Positions 10,668 through 19,001 are shown, counted from the first letter of the stretch. The stretch is 48,207 nt of DNA from Bacteroidales bacterium (GCA_031396165.1 JANNKF010000400.1:1-48207); one strand, 5' to 3'. Translations and numbers: made by a program. Notes: generated by a model from the sequence alone, not told the origin.

Positions 10668-10747
10668 TAACCACGGGGCTCACAGAGGAACACGGAGAAA
10701 ACACAGAGCAATAATTCCGTGCTAATCCGTGTAATCCGTGGTGTAAA
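10668..10747. repeat. Heptad-built imperfect hairpin element, copy B
   Basis: High identity by eye to copy A at a ~92 nt period. The outer stem ACCACGG/CCGTGGT is perfect here. Confidence 0.85.
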
Positions 10748-10858
10748 TACTCTGCGATTCTCATTTATTTTCCCGGTGACCCTCTGCGTTTAAAAATTTT
10801 ATAAATTTATGGTGAAGAAAATATTGGATATTTTAATAGACCCGGGGGAAATAAAATA

Positions 10859-11611
10859 ATGGAAAAAATAAGAATAATTATTATTGATGACGAAACCCCT
10901 GCAAGGGACTTAATCAAGCATTATTTATTGGATGTTGAAGATATTGAGGTTATTGCAGAGTGTGCCGATGGATTCTCGGGTTTGAAATCTATTTCTACAC
11001 TTAAGCCCGACCTGGTTTTCCTCGATATCCAGATGCCACGGCTAACGGGAATTGAATTAGTTGAGGTGCTCACCGAAAAACCAGAGATAATTTTTGCAAC
11101 AGCCTACGATCAATATGCTTTGAGAGCTTTTGAACTCAATGCAGTTGACTATATCATGAAACCTTATGAAAAAAGAAGGTTTCTTGAAGCGGTTAAAAAG
11201 GCTATCGGAAAGATCAGATCAGGTTCAGGGAACAGTGAACCGGCCAGTCAGCTTCTGGCTATAAAGCCCGAACCAACCTCCCCGGTAAACAGGATCGTGG
11301 TAAGAAAAGCCAATTCGATTAATATTATCCCGGTCGATCAGGTCCGTTATGTTGAGGCACAGGATGATTACGTAATGATATATCATTCAACGGGAAAAGC
11401 TCTGAAACAACAAACAATGAAGTTTTATGAGGAGAACCTGCCCAAGACCGATTTTGTACGGATCCATCGCACTTATATTGTAAATGTTGCCGAAATAAAA
11501 CAGATAGAGCCCTACGGGAAAGATAACCATGTGGCAATTCTCAATTCCGGTGACAAATTGCCTGTAAGTCGTGCAGGGTATAAACAACTTCGTGAAGATC
11601 TGGGGTTTTAA
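10859..11611 (+). CDS. LytTR-family response regulator
   Basis: Receiver domain (IIDDE, phospho-acceptor context VFLDIQMP, conserved Lys in YIMKP) plus a C-terminal LytTR DNA-binding domain. Confidence 0.9.
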   Translation: MEKIRIIIIDDETPARDLIKHYLLDVEDIEVIAECADGFSGLKSISTLKPDLVFLDIQMPRLTGIELVEVLTEKPEIIFATAYDQYALRAFELNAVDYIMKPYEKRRFLEAVKKAIGKIRSGSGNSEPASQLLAIKPEPTSPVNRIVVRKANSINIIPVDQVRYVEAQDDYVMIYHSTGKALKQQTMKFYEENLPKTDFVRIHRTYIVNVAEIKQIEPYGKDNHVAILNSGDKLPVSRAGYKQLREDLGF

Positions 11612-11613
11612 TT

Positions 11614-11645
11614 GTCTTGCAGTCTTGCGGTCATGCGGTCGTGAG
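11614..11645. repeat. Four tandem 8-mers GTCTTGCA GTCTTGCG GTCATGCG GTCGTGAG
   Basis: Read directly. They fill the 36-nt gap between the convergent stops of the LytTR gene and yidD. No inverted partner arm is present. Confidence 0.8.
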
Positions 11646-11647
11646 TC

Positions 11648-11947
11648 TTATCCCTTTTTCAGACGGTTTTCTTTTTCCCAGTTGCTGAATGGTTTGTATC
11701 TGCGGAAGTGAAAATGGGGTACAGGATCGTAACCATGTGTGCCGCCCGGCCGGCATCTGAGTATTCTTCCCATTCCCATTATGAGACCTGTTGCTGGTCC
11801 ATGCATTTTCAGTGCATCAAGCATAAACTGCGAACAGGATGGTTCATGTCGACAGGCTGGCCGTAAAAACGGAGATATTGAATACCTGTAAAAATAAACA
11901 GGAAGAGCTAAGAGAAAGGAGAGTATTTTATTTATTGAATTAATCAT
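11648..11947 (-). CDS. yidD: Membrane protein insertion efficiency factor YidD
   Basis: YRYSISPFLRPACRHEPSCSQF...GRILRCRPGGTHGYDPVP is the YidD signature. Confidence 0.9.
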   Translation of the reverse strand: MINSINKILSFLLALPVYFYRYSISPFLRPACRHEPSCSQFMLDALKMHGPATGLIMGMGRILRCRPGGTHGYDPVPHFHFRRYKPFSNWEKENRLKKG

Positions 11948-11989
11948 TTTACAAAGATAATAATTGGCAACAAAGTGCAGTTTAAGAAA

Positions 11990-12080
11990 GCCACAAAGGC
12001 ACTAAGACACAAAGGTACACGAAGGAATACAAGATAAAAGAATCTCTTTGCGAACCTTGGCGCCTTAGTGTCTTAGTGGC
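11990..12080. repeat. Heptad-built hairpin element, CACNAAG variant
   Basis: Perfect 11-bp stem CACTAAGACAC(12000-12010)/GTGTCTTAGTG(12068-12078) and outer GCCAC/GTGGC, followed by an A-run as in the 10576 elements. Confidence 0.8.
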
Positions 12081-12139
12081 AAAAAATTTTGCATTTCTGA
12101 CAAAATGACAAGTTCTTGCTGTTATTACGATTTTGGCAG

Positions 12140-12147
12140 TAGTTTTG
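12140..12147 (+). promoter_or_regulatory. Candidate -7 box TAGTTTTG for the zinc metallopeptidase gene
   Basis: TAnnTTTG match 38 nt upstream of the ATG at 12186. Confidence 0.35.
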
Positions 12148-12185
12148 CAGTACTAATTAAAAATTAAAATACGGAGGAACAGGCT

Positions 12186-12863
12186 ATGAATATATGGATA
12201 ATCTTTATTGCATTTATGATCCTGAGCTGGGTCGTAAGCTGGGTGTTAAAATCCAAGTTTAAAAAATATTCCAAAATACTTGTGGATAATGGTATGTCGG
12301 GACGCGATGTTGCTGAAAGAATGCTACGCGATCATGGCATTACAGATGTACGTGTTGAGAGTGTTCAGGGACATCTGACCGATCACTATAATCCGGTAGA
12401 CAAAACAATCAACCTGAGTGCTGATGTCTATAACGGCCGTTCTATTTCAGCAGTTGCTGTTGCAGCACATGAATGCGGACACGCAGTTCAGCACGCCACT
12501 GCCTATTCATGGCTGAACCTGAGATCAAAACTGGTTCCGGCTGTAAGTTTTTCTTCAAAATGGGTTCAGTGGATCCTGCTGGCAGGAGTGCTCCTTATTC
12601 AGTCCTTTCCTGCTTTGCTGGTTGCCGGTATAGCTCTTTTTGCAATGACTACAGTGTTCAGTTTCATAACTTTACCTGTAGAAATAAATGCAAGTCAGAG
12701 GGCATTGGCGTGGCTGAACAATGCAGGTGTTACATCGTTTCAGAATCACGATAAGGCACAGGATGCTCTCAAATGGGCTGCCTATACTTATGTGGTTGCT
12801 GCCCTGGGTTCACTGGCAACATTGATGTATTATATAATGATCTTCCTGGGATCGAGGGATTGA
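12186..12863 (+). CDS. Membrane zinc metallopeptidase (YpeJ / putative neutral zinc metallopeptidase family)
   Basis: HECGHAVQH zinc motif, an N-terminal TM helix and C-terminal TM helices. Confidence 0.85.
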   Translation: MNIWIIFIAFMILSWVVSWVLKSKFKKYSKILVDNGMSGRDVAERMLRDHGITDVRVESVQGHLTDHYNPVDKTINLSADVYNGRSISAVAVAAHECGHAVQHATAYSWLNLRSKLVPAVSFSSKWVQWILLAGVLLIQSFPALLVAGIALFAMTTVFSFITLPVEINASQRALAWLNNAGVTSFQNHDKAQDALKWAAYTYVVAALGSLATLMYYIMIFLGSRD

Positions 12864-12887
12864 AAAGACTTTTAATTCAATATATAA

Positions 12888-12925
12888 TCCGCCGTAAAAT
12901 CATACATGGTTTTGCGGTTTTTTTT
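12888..12925 (+). terminator. Rho-independent terminator
   Basis: Interrupted stem CCGC...AAAATC / GGTTTTGCGG followed by eight T (12918-12925). Confidence 0.7.
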
Positions 12926-12970
12926 GTTTAACCTCTACGAGGTAAAACGATCATGAAATGAATAAATCTT

Positions 12971-13100
12971 CTACAATACTTGATGCCCTACGGGCAATAG
13001 AGGATTAATTCTTCCATCCCTTATATCAAATAAACACCATTTTTCAGACAGACAATGAGGATGAATTCTTACTTACCGCGTAGCGGTTAAAGTATTGTAG
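12971..13100. repeat. Composite element bounded by an 11-bp inverted repeat CTACAATACTT / AAGTATTGTAG
   Basis: Encloses mini-hairpins TGCCC-TAC-GGGCA (12984-12996) and ACCGC-GTA-GCGGT (13075-13087). Also encloses the direct repeat GAGGAT(T/G)AATTCTT (13000-13013 and 13057-13070). Confidence 0.75.
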
Positions 13101-13168
13101 CCAAAGTTTTTATGTAATTAATACATTCCCTGTAGGGGATAAGGAACCAAGTTAATAAGAAATAGATA

Positions 13169-13906
13169 TCATCTACCTTCTACCTCAAGCCATCCGGTGC
13201 GTTTGTGAATAGTTCTTACTGTTATCCATATAACAAAGGCAGCAGCAAAGAGCCAGATCCACAATACAGAAAAATAGATACGCTCAGAGAGAAAATAATT
13301 TCTGAAGAGGTCAAGAAGTGTGAATATCACGAAGATGTTTACAAAACTGTTATATTCTCTTTTAAGGACATTTCTTACCGAAAAAGGAAGTTTGGGAGGT
13401 ATATAGTTGAATGTAAAAGGAATAAACGGGCTCACAGTTTCCGACCATTTGTCATATATTTCACCGAATTTCCTTCTGAGAAACTGCTCTTCAGCAAACA
13501 TTATCCGCTCATAATAGAGCCAGTAGAAAAGCCCGAAGACAATAACAAACCAGCCTGAGCGTAAGAAAAGTGCCGGCCCGAGCCACATAAAAAAGTTTCC
13601 GAGGTAAAGCGGATGACGCAGAATTGAGTATACTCCGGTAACATTCAGGTCATCGGCAACCTGACCGTTTACTGTATTACGACCCGATGTGTTTTTCGGT
13701 GTATAACCAATTGTAAGAATTCTGATAACTTGTCCTAACAGGCTTACTCCCAGAAATATAAGTTCATCCCTCATATCGAACAGAATAGCCTGCCTGTTAC
13801 CCAGGTACATCATCACAATACCTGCGGTAATTATAAAAACGGGTAGCCAGCTTCTTCTTTTGAATAACCAGTTCCCGCTGTTTTCGAATTCATGTACAAG
13901 AGCCAT
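13169..13906 (-). CDS. ICMT/PEMT-family membrane methyltransferase
   Basis: Multi-TM protein with ILRHPLYLGNFFMWLG and EEQFLRRKFGEIYDKW, typical of isoprenylcysteine carboxyl methyltransferase-like enzymes. Confidence 0.8.
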   Translation of the reverse strand: MALVHEFENSGNWLFKRRSWLPVFIITAGIVMMYLGNRQAILFDMRDELIFLGVSLLGQVIRILTIGYTPKNTSGRNTVNGQVADDLNVTGVYSILRHPLYLGNFFMWLGPALFLRSGWFVIVFGLFYWLYYERIMFAEEQFLRRKFGEIYDKWSETVSPFIPFTFNYIPPKLPFSVRNVLKREYNSFVNIFVIFTLLDLFRNYFLSERIYFSVLWIWLFAAAFVIWITVRTIHKRTGWLEVEGR

Positions 13907-13930
13907 TCTTAATTTTTTTTAGTGGTGTCG

Positions 13931-13938
13931 CAAAAGTA
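13931..13938 (-). promoter_or_regulatory. Candidate -7 box (TACTTTTG on minus) for the ICMT-like gene
   Basis: TAnnTTTG match 24 nt upstream of the ATG at 13906. Confidence 0.35.
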
Positions 13939-13946
13939 TGAAAATT

Positions 13947-15098
13947 CTAGAAACTGTACTTTATCCTTAGAAAAGCAAGATTAATTCGTGTTTTCGTACC
14001 GTCCATTATACTTGTGAAGTGCTGCCAGATAAGGGAGAAGTCAACGTTTTCGGCCAGAGAATAATCAAGTGACGGGCCGGCAAAATAGCCCTTCAGATCG
14101 GGAAACCACATGGCCGAAATGCCTGTATTAAGTAAAGGTGTTGCGGCCCAGGTGAACTGTCCGAACGCAGAAAACCGGGAGAAAGCCAGATCCTTTGGAG
14201 ACAGGTTTCCTGTATAGAAACTATTGAAGTTTGTAAGTTTCAATGGTAAATTACAATACATTATCTGAACCTGTGCCATTGAATTGTTTTTAAAGATTTT
14301 ATCAAAGCCGGTAGTCAGAAGTAATGTCCCATCCTCCCCGGAACTTTTTTTCACAGGCTCAAACCACGAGCCTTCACCTCTGAATGATATACTGCCAATT
14401 GAACCTGACCACCCTGTTCCCAGAACAAGATCCTCACTGTTAACATACCCGGCAAGAAACTGGATGTCATATCCCCATTTATTGAACCGGTATAATCCGC
14501 CAGCAGTTATATCATGCTCATTATCAATCTTAACAGCAAGCTCGGCTGCAGAGGAAAATGAAGGAAAATACTGTAACCTTATTGCATCGCTTCCCGGACG
14601 TTCGGCATAATCAAAATCGAAAAATGAATATGCGTTAAAAATATCATTGGGATTCCATACAAATGCCTGACCCCAGTTTATTCTCTGGCGCCCGATACGA
14701 GCCTGAACTTTGCCTGTATTGACATCAAACCATAACCGGTCGACAGTGGTATTCAAAAGAAAAGAGTTTTTGCTGATAATATTCCACGACATGTCTGCAA
14801 AACCCGGGTCAGCCCCGGTCATTTCAGCATAAGAAGCATTACTCCTTACCATATCGCCGGTAAACAGGCGGTTTCGGAATTCTGCTGCAAAGGTGAGGTG
14901 ACTATTGATATATCCCCTGAAGTTGAGCCTGTTGTGCAACAGATTATCGAAGACCACCGGTCCGGAAAGGGAATCAAACATTGCGCTCTGCATTGTTGTG
15001 AGATACCCGTTAAGTGTTATTACCTTTTGCTTCTCCTGCGGGAAAACAGGAAATACCGTTATTATCAACGCACCTATTAAAAGCAATAATTTCCTCAT
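13947..15098 (-). CDS. Predicted outer-membrane beta-barrel protein
   Basis: Signal peptide MRKLLLLIGALIITVFPVFPQ (start moved to Met14), alternating beta-strand pattern, and a C-terminal aromatic ...LRIKYSF. Confidence 0.6.
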   Translation of the reverse strand: MRKLLLLIGALIITVFPVFPQEKQKVITLNGYLTTMQSAMFDSLSGPVVFDNLLHNRLNFRGYINSHLTFAAEFRNRLFTGDMVRSNASYAEMTGADPGFADMSWNIISKNSFLLNTTVDRLWFDVNTGKVQARIGRQRINWGQAFVWNPNDIFNAYSFFDFDYAERPGSDAIRLQYFPSFSSAAELAVKIDNEHDITAGGLYRFNKWGYDIQFLAGYVNSEDLVLGTGWSGSIGSISFRGEGSWFEPVKKSSGEDGTLLLTTGFDKIFKNNSMAQVQIMYCNLPLKLTNFNSFYTGNLSPKDLAFSRFSAFGQFTWAATPLLNTGISAMWFPDLKGYFAGPSLDYSLAENVDFSLIWQHFTSIMDGTKTRINLAFLRIKYSF

Positions 15099-15189
15099 TA
15101 CTTGTTCCCAGATATTGCAAAAAAATAGCGTTTTCACAATTTAAGATTTCGCTGCTCTGCAGCTTTAATTCTTACTTATATACAATTGG

Positions 15190-15249
15190 CTACAAATATT
15201 TTGCTGCTCTGCAGCTTTTTTAACGGCAGAGCAGCGTTAATATTTGTAG
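15190..15249. repeat. 60-nt hairpin, CTAC...GTAG type
   Basis: Outer stem CTACAAATATT(15190-15200)/AATATTTGTAG(15239-15249) and inner stem GCTGCTCTGC(15203-15212)/GCAGAGCAGC(15226-15235). There is an extra half-copy GCTGCTCTGCAGC at 15151-15163. Confidence 0.85.
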
Positions 15250-15326
15250 AAAATAACTCTAAAACAATGTTTTAAGCCCTGTAGGGGCGAAATATTAGAT
15301 TTTTTATATTAAGTATAATAATTAGT

Positions 15327-16013
15327 TTATTCTTTAACATCATCCGAAACTACTTTCCCGTCTTCAAGGGTGATTACACGGTGGGCCATTTTTACAACCC
15401 GGGCATCGTGTGTTGAAAAGATGAAGGTGATTTTCTCCTCGTGGTTAAGCGTTTCCATTATCTGTAACAGCGTTGATGCTGATTTTGAATCGAGGTTTGC
15501 AGTTGGCTCGTCAGCCAGAACAAATTTCGGTCGCGAAGCGAGAGCCCTTGCGACAGCAATTCTCTGCTGCTGACCTCCGGAAAGTTTGCCTGGTCTGCTG
15601 TTCATCCTGTCGCCAAGTCCTACTGCTTTAAGTAACTCCATGGTCCTCAGATCTCTCTCAGCGCGAGGCCATTTCTGCAATGACATTATAAATTCGACAT
15701 TCTCCTTCGCTGTCAGAACAGGAATCAGATTATAAGCCTGGAAAACAAAGCCTATATTCCTCATTCTGAAATCAATAAGCTGTGAAGATTTCAGGGTTGA
15801 AAGGTTCGTTCCATCAACCAGAATTTCTCCGGATGTAGGTTTGTCGAGTCCTCCTATCATGTTAAGAAGTGTTGTTTTACCTGATCCGGAGGGACCAACA
15901 ATAGCTGCAAATTCAGCCTCCTGAAAATCGAGCGTTACTCCATTCACTGCATTTACCTTAACCTCACCCTCATTATATATTTTTGTAACGTTTTTGATTT
16001 CAATAATTTTCAT
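15327..16013 (-). CDS. ABC transporter ATP-binding protein (MacB/LolD-like)
   Basis: Walker A GPSGSGKTT, signature LSGGQQQR and Walker B FVLADEPT. Confidence 0.93.
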   Translation of the reverse strand: MKIIEIKNVTKIYNEGEVKVNAVNGVTLDFQEAEFAAIVGPSGSGKTTLLNMIGGLDKPTSGEILVDGTNLSTLKSSQLIDFRMRNIGFVFQAYNLIPVLTAKENVEFIMSLQKWPRAERDLRTMELLKAVGLGDRMNSRPGKLSGGQQQRIAVARALASRPKFVLADEPTANLDSKSASTLLQIMETLNHEEKITFIFSTHDARVVKMAHRVITLEDGKVVSDDVKE

Positions 16014-16031
16014 GATTGCCTGTTTTTATAA

Positions 16032-17459
16032 TTATTCTGTACGGATAGCTTCTACCGGATTAAGTTTAAGTGCTTTAAGAGCAGGATAGATTGAGGCCAC
16101 TATTCCTGTAATGATTATGAGTATCGTCCCTAATATCAGAAACCCGATACCAATTTCGGGGAACACATGGGCTGAATATCCATAGGCTTCCATCCCTTCT
16201 GCATACTGAAGAAAGTTGATCCCCTTTCTGGCAGTTGCCACTACCGTGAGCCAGCCTGCAAACATACCTGCAACTCCGCCTATTAATGAGAGGAAGACCG
16301 ATTCGAGCATTATCATTGAGAATACTTTTTTCTTATTCATCCCTATAGCTGTCAGCATTCCAAGCTCTTTTGTCCTCTCAAGAACAACCATAAGCATAGT
16401 GTTAACAATACCAAATGCGAGGGCGGCAAGAATTATCAGCATGAAGATTGCATAGATCTGATGAGTATAATCTGTCATCATGGCAAGATCGGGCTGTATT
16501 TCCTTCCAGCTCAAAACATCGAGGTTGGGTAGTTTTTCCTTAATCTGCGATGTTATCAGATCTGTCTGTTCAACATCATTTATTCTGATAACAATTTGAT
16601 GATATATCGTTGAATCGAGACCGGAGAGCCTCGACAGATCAGAATTCCTTACAAAAACCGTACTCAGTTCGAACATGGTGTTTTTCAGATCATAGATCCC
16701 GGATATCCTGAAACGGGCACCAATCTGCACATTTTCTTTGTCAAGAAATGTCAGTGTAAGCCTCGAACCTTTCCTGTACGACCATGCCTCCTTTTTTATG
16801 ATCTGACCATATTTGCTTATCTCTTTCTTTGTCAGAAGCGAATTTACAGCCTTATTAAATTTCTTTTCATTTGTGAAACGTGCATCAGAAATTGAAACCA
16901 GTTTATTGAGAGTTACTTCAGGGACCTTCTGTTCCCTTAGCTTCTCAATAACAGCACTATCCACAGCATACCTTATAATATTTAACTCTTTAGCAAGATC
17001 CTGGCCAATTAAAATCAGGTCATTCAGCGAGGAGGAGCCAAAGTAATCGCCTGTACCCGGCATAACAGTCTCATAAAGCTCAAGAACTGATTTCTCTTTC
17101 ACCGGGTCAATACCAACTATCTGAACCCCTGTGCTTTTAACAGCAGTTGCAGCCATTCCGCTGAAGATCTTCCGCCCGACAACACCCGCAATTCCTTTAT
17201 ATGTACCAATATGGGAGAGAGTTTTTTCACTGTCAGAAATAAGAATTTCAGAATCGTTATTCAGTCTAAAATCTTTTCCGGTAATCTGTATATGTGATAT
17301 TTCCTCATCGATAGCCGCGTTAAAACGCTGGGCAATCATTCCGTTCATCATTGCTATTGAGAATATGGCTGCAAACACTCCAACAGTAACCGAGGCAATA
17401 ACCACAAAACTCCTCACACGGTTACGCCACACATTTTTCCAGGCAGTTTTCCAGATCAT
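16032..17459 (-). CDS. FtsX/MacB-type ABC permease
   Basis: TM1, a large periplasmic domain and three C-terminal TM helices. Ends ...LKLNPVEAIRTE. Confidence 0.85.
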   Translation of the reverse strand: MIWKTAWKNVWRNRVRSFVVIASVTVGVFAAIFSIAMMNGMIAQRFNAAIDEEISHIQITGKDFRLNNDSEILISDSEKTLSHIGTYKGIAGVVGRKIFSGMAATAVKSTGVQIVGIDPVKEKSVLELYETVMPGTGDYFGSSSLNDLILIGQDLAKELNIIRYAVDSAVIEKLREQKVPEVTLNKLVSISDARFTNEKKFNKAVNSLLTKKEISKYGQIIKKEAWSYRKGSRLTLTFLDKENVQIGARFRISGIYDLKNTMFELSTVFVRNSDLSRLSGLDSTIYHQIVIRINDVEQTDLITSQIKEKLPNLDVLSWKEIQPDLAMMTDYTHQIYAIFMLIILAALAFGIVNTMLMVVLERTKELGMLTAIGMNKKKVFSMIMLESVFLSLIGGVAGMFAGWLTVVATARKGINFLQYAEGMEAYGYSAHVFPEIGIGFLILGTILIIITGIVASIYPALKALKLNPVEAIRTE

Positions 17460-17470
17460 ATCAATAATTA

Positions 17471-18883
17471 TTAAGCCTTTAATGAATTAACAACTTCCAT
17501 TTTTTGGATCCTCCTGACAGGATAGATTATAGCAATAAAAACAATGATTGCCACCACCACCGATTGCCACATAAAATACCAGTCGACCGGCATAAATGGC
17601 ATAACCGGTTCCATGCCGTAATCCTCATACATTTTTGCCATTTCACCTGTAAATCTTATCGGATGGTAATAGCCATAGAAGATAGCAGGCAGGGCCAGAA
17701 CAATACCACTTCCTATTCCCATTAAACCAATATAAATCATCTCGATTGTTACAATAGCGGCGAGTTTGGTTTTTTGCATCCCAATAGCAACCAATACTCC
17801 GAATTCCCTTCTTCGTTCTGCTGTCATCATCAATACAGTGCCGAAGATCCCAAAAGCAATGACCATATAAAGAATCGCAATCATTACCATACCACTCTTG
17901 CTGTCGGCATCCATCTGGTTTATCATGAGTTCATTCATGGTTCGCCATCCCAGCACCCTCAGTGGAGTTTCAAGTTTCATACCCAGGTCAGATACCATTC
18001 TGTTAATCTCTTTGTCATCATTATCCTTTATGCTCACAGCCAGAGATGTAAGCATACCCGGAGCGTTGTAAAGTTCCTGACAGATATCAACCGGCAGATA
18101 TACAATTTTATTATCAAGATCAGGAGTTGGCATTCTGACAATACCTGCAACTCTGAATTTGCCCGCGGCTGATGTTCCGTGATACCCCTGTCCGATCAGA
18201 ACAAGTGTATCACCTACACTTATTTTCAGATATGCTGCAAGCTTGTCGCCAACAAGGGCACCAGGCTCACCCGTTTTAATATAACCATTTCTGAATGATG
18301 CATAGCTTTCAACAATTGGTAGAAGTGAAGCTGAATCTTCTTCAGTTATACCGAGGTCTGTCATCAGGGATGTTCTGATTGAATATGAATTACCTTTGAA
18401 AAGTTCTATGTTCTTCTTAATTACTTCAGGCAATTCTGAATTTTTAAGTCTTTCTGCATTTTCATCATTGAGTCTGTATCTGACAAGCTTGCTTTTTACA
18501 TCAGACAGGTATGTTTCCTTTTCGGGATCAATACCTATGACAAGTACCCCTTTCGTGATATTCCCTGTTGAGGCAAGTGCAAATGATTCAAACCGGGCAA
18601 TTGTGGCAGAAGCATTCCTGTCCCCAAGAATCTGTTGTTCCAGATCAGGTGTATATTGAAAAACATTATCTATGAGCCTGTTATCCCAGAAATCTTCATG
18701 CTGAATCTGTACATACCCGGTATAGGATTCGATTACATTCCTGAACATATGATCATATGTCCCCAGTTGAAGCGATCTCATTAAAAGGGCAAAGAAAACG
18801 GCGAAAAATACAGAGGCAACGGTAATAAGAGTTCTTCTCTTGTTTCTCCACAGGTTCCGCCACGCCATGATGTAGTTTTTCAT
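17471..18883 (-). CDS. FtsX/MacB-type ABC permease (paralog)
   Basis: Same architecture as the neighbouring permease. Confidence 0.85.
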   Translation of the reverse strand: MKNYIMAWRNLWRNKRRTLITVASVFFAVFFALLMRSLQLGTYDHMFRNVIESYTGYVQIQHEDFWDNRLIDNVFQYTPDLEQQILGDRNASATIARFESFALASTGNITKGVLVIGIDPEKETYLSDVKSKLVRYRLNDENAERLKNSELPEVIKKNIELFKGNSYSIRTSLMTDLGITEEDSASLLPIVESYASFRNGYIKTGEPGALVGDKLAAYLKISVGDTLVLIGQGYHGTSAAGKFRVAGIVRMPTPDLDNKIVYLPVDICQELYNAPGMLTSLAVSIKDNDDKEINRMVSDLGMKLETPLRVLGWRTMNELMINQMDADSKSGMVMIAILYMVIAFGIFGTVLMMTAERRREFGVLVAIGMQKTKLAAIVTIEMIYIGLMGIGSGIVLALPAIFYGYYHPIRFTGEMAKMYEDYGMEPVMPFMPVDWYFMWQSVVVAIIVFIAIIYPVRRIQKMEVVNSLKA

Positions 18884-18910
18884 ATATCGACTTTTAAATG
18901 TTTGTTGAAA

Positions 18911-18996
18911 GTCGGAAGTCGGAAGACGGGAGTCGGAAGCAAATCCTTATTTGAAATACATTGGATTTCGGACTTCGGTCTTCCGTCTTCGGTCTT
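18911..18996. repeat. Heptad-built imperfect hairpin (GTCGGAA / TTCGGTC type)
   Basis: Left arm GTCGGAAGTCGGAAGACGGGAGTCGGAAGC, apex stem AAATCC/GGATTT, right arm TCGGACTTCGGTCTTCCGTCTTCGGTCTTC. Confidence 0.8.
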
Positions 18997-19001
18997 CAAA
19001 C

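Noticed and set aside
10558-10764. 68-aa minus-strand ORF between the kinase and the regulator
   Set aside because: It is internally duplicated (HGLHGLARNYxSVFSPCxSVxPVV twice) only because it reads through the two copies of the heptad hairpin element.
12173-12177. GGAGG 8 nt upstream of the zinc-peptidase ATG, as evidence for Shine-Dalgarno usage
   Set aside because: Most other genes whose upstream regions I read in this window lack an SD-like sequence, so this single match is most simply coincidental.
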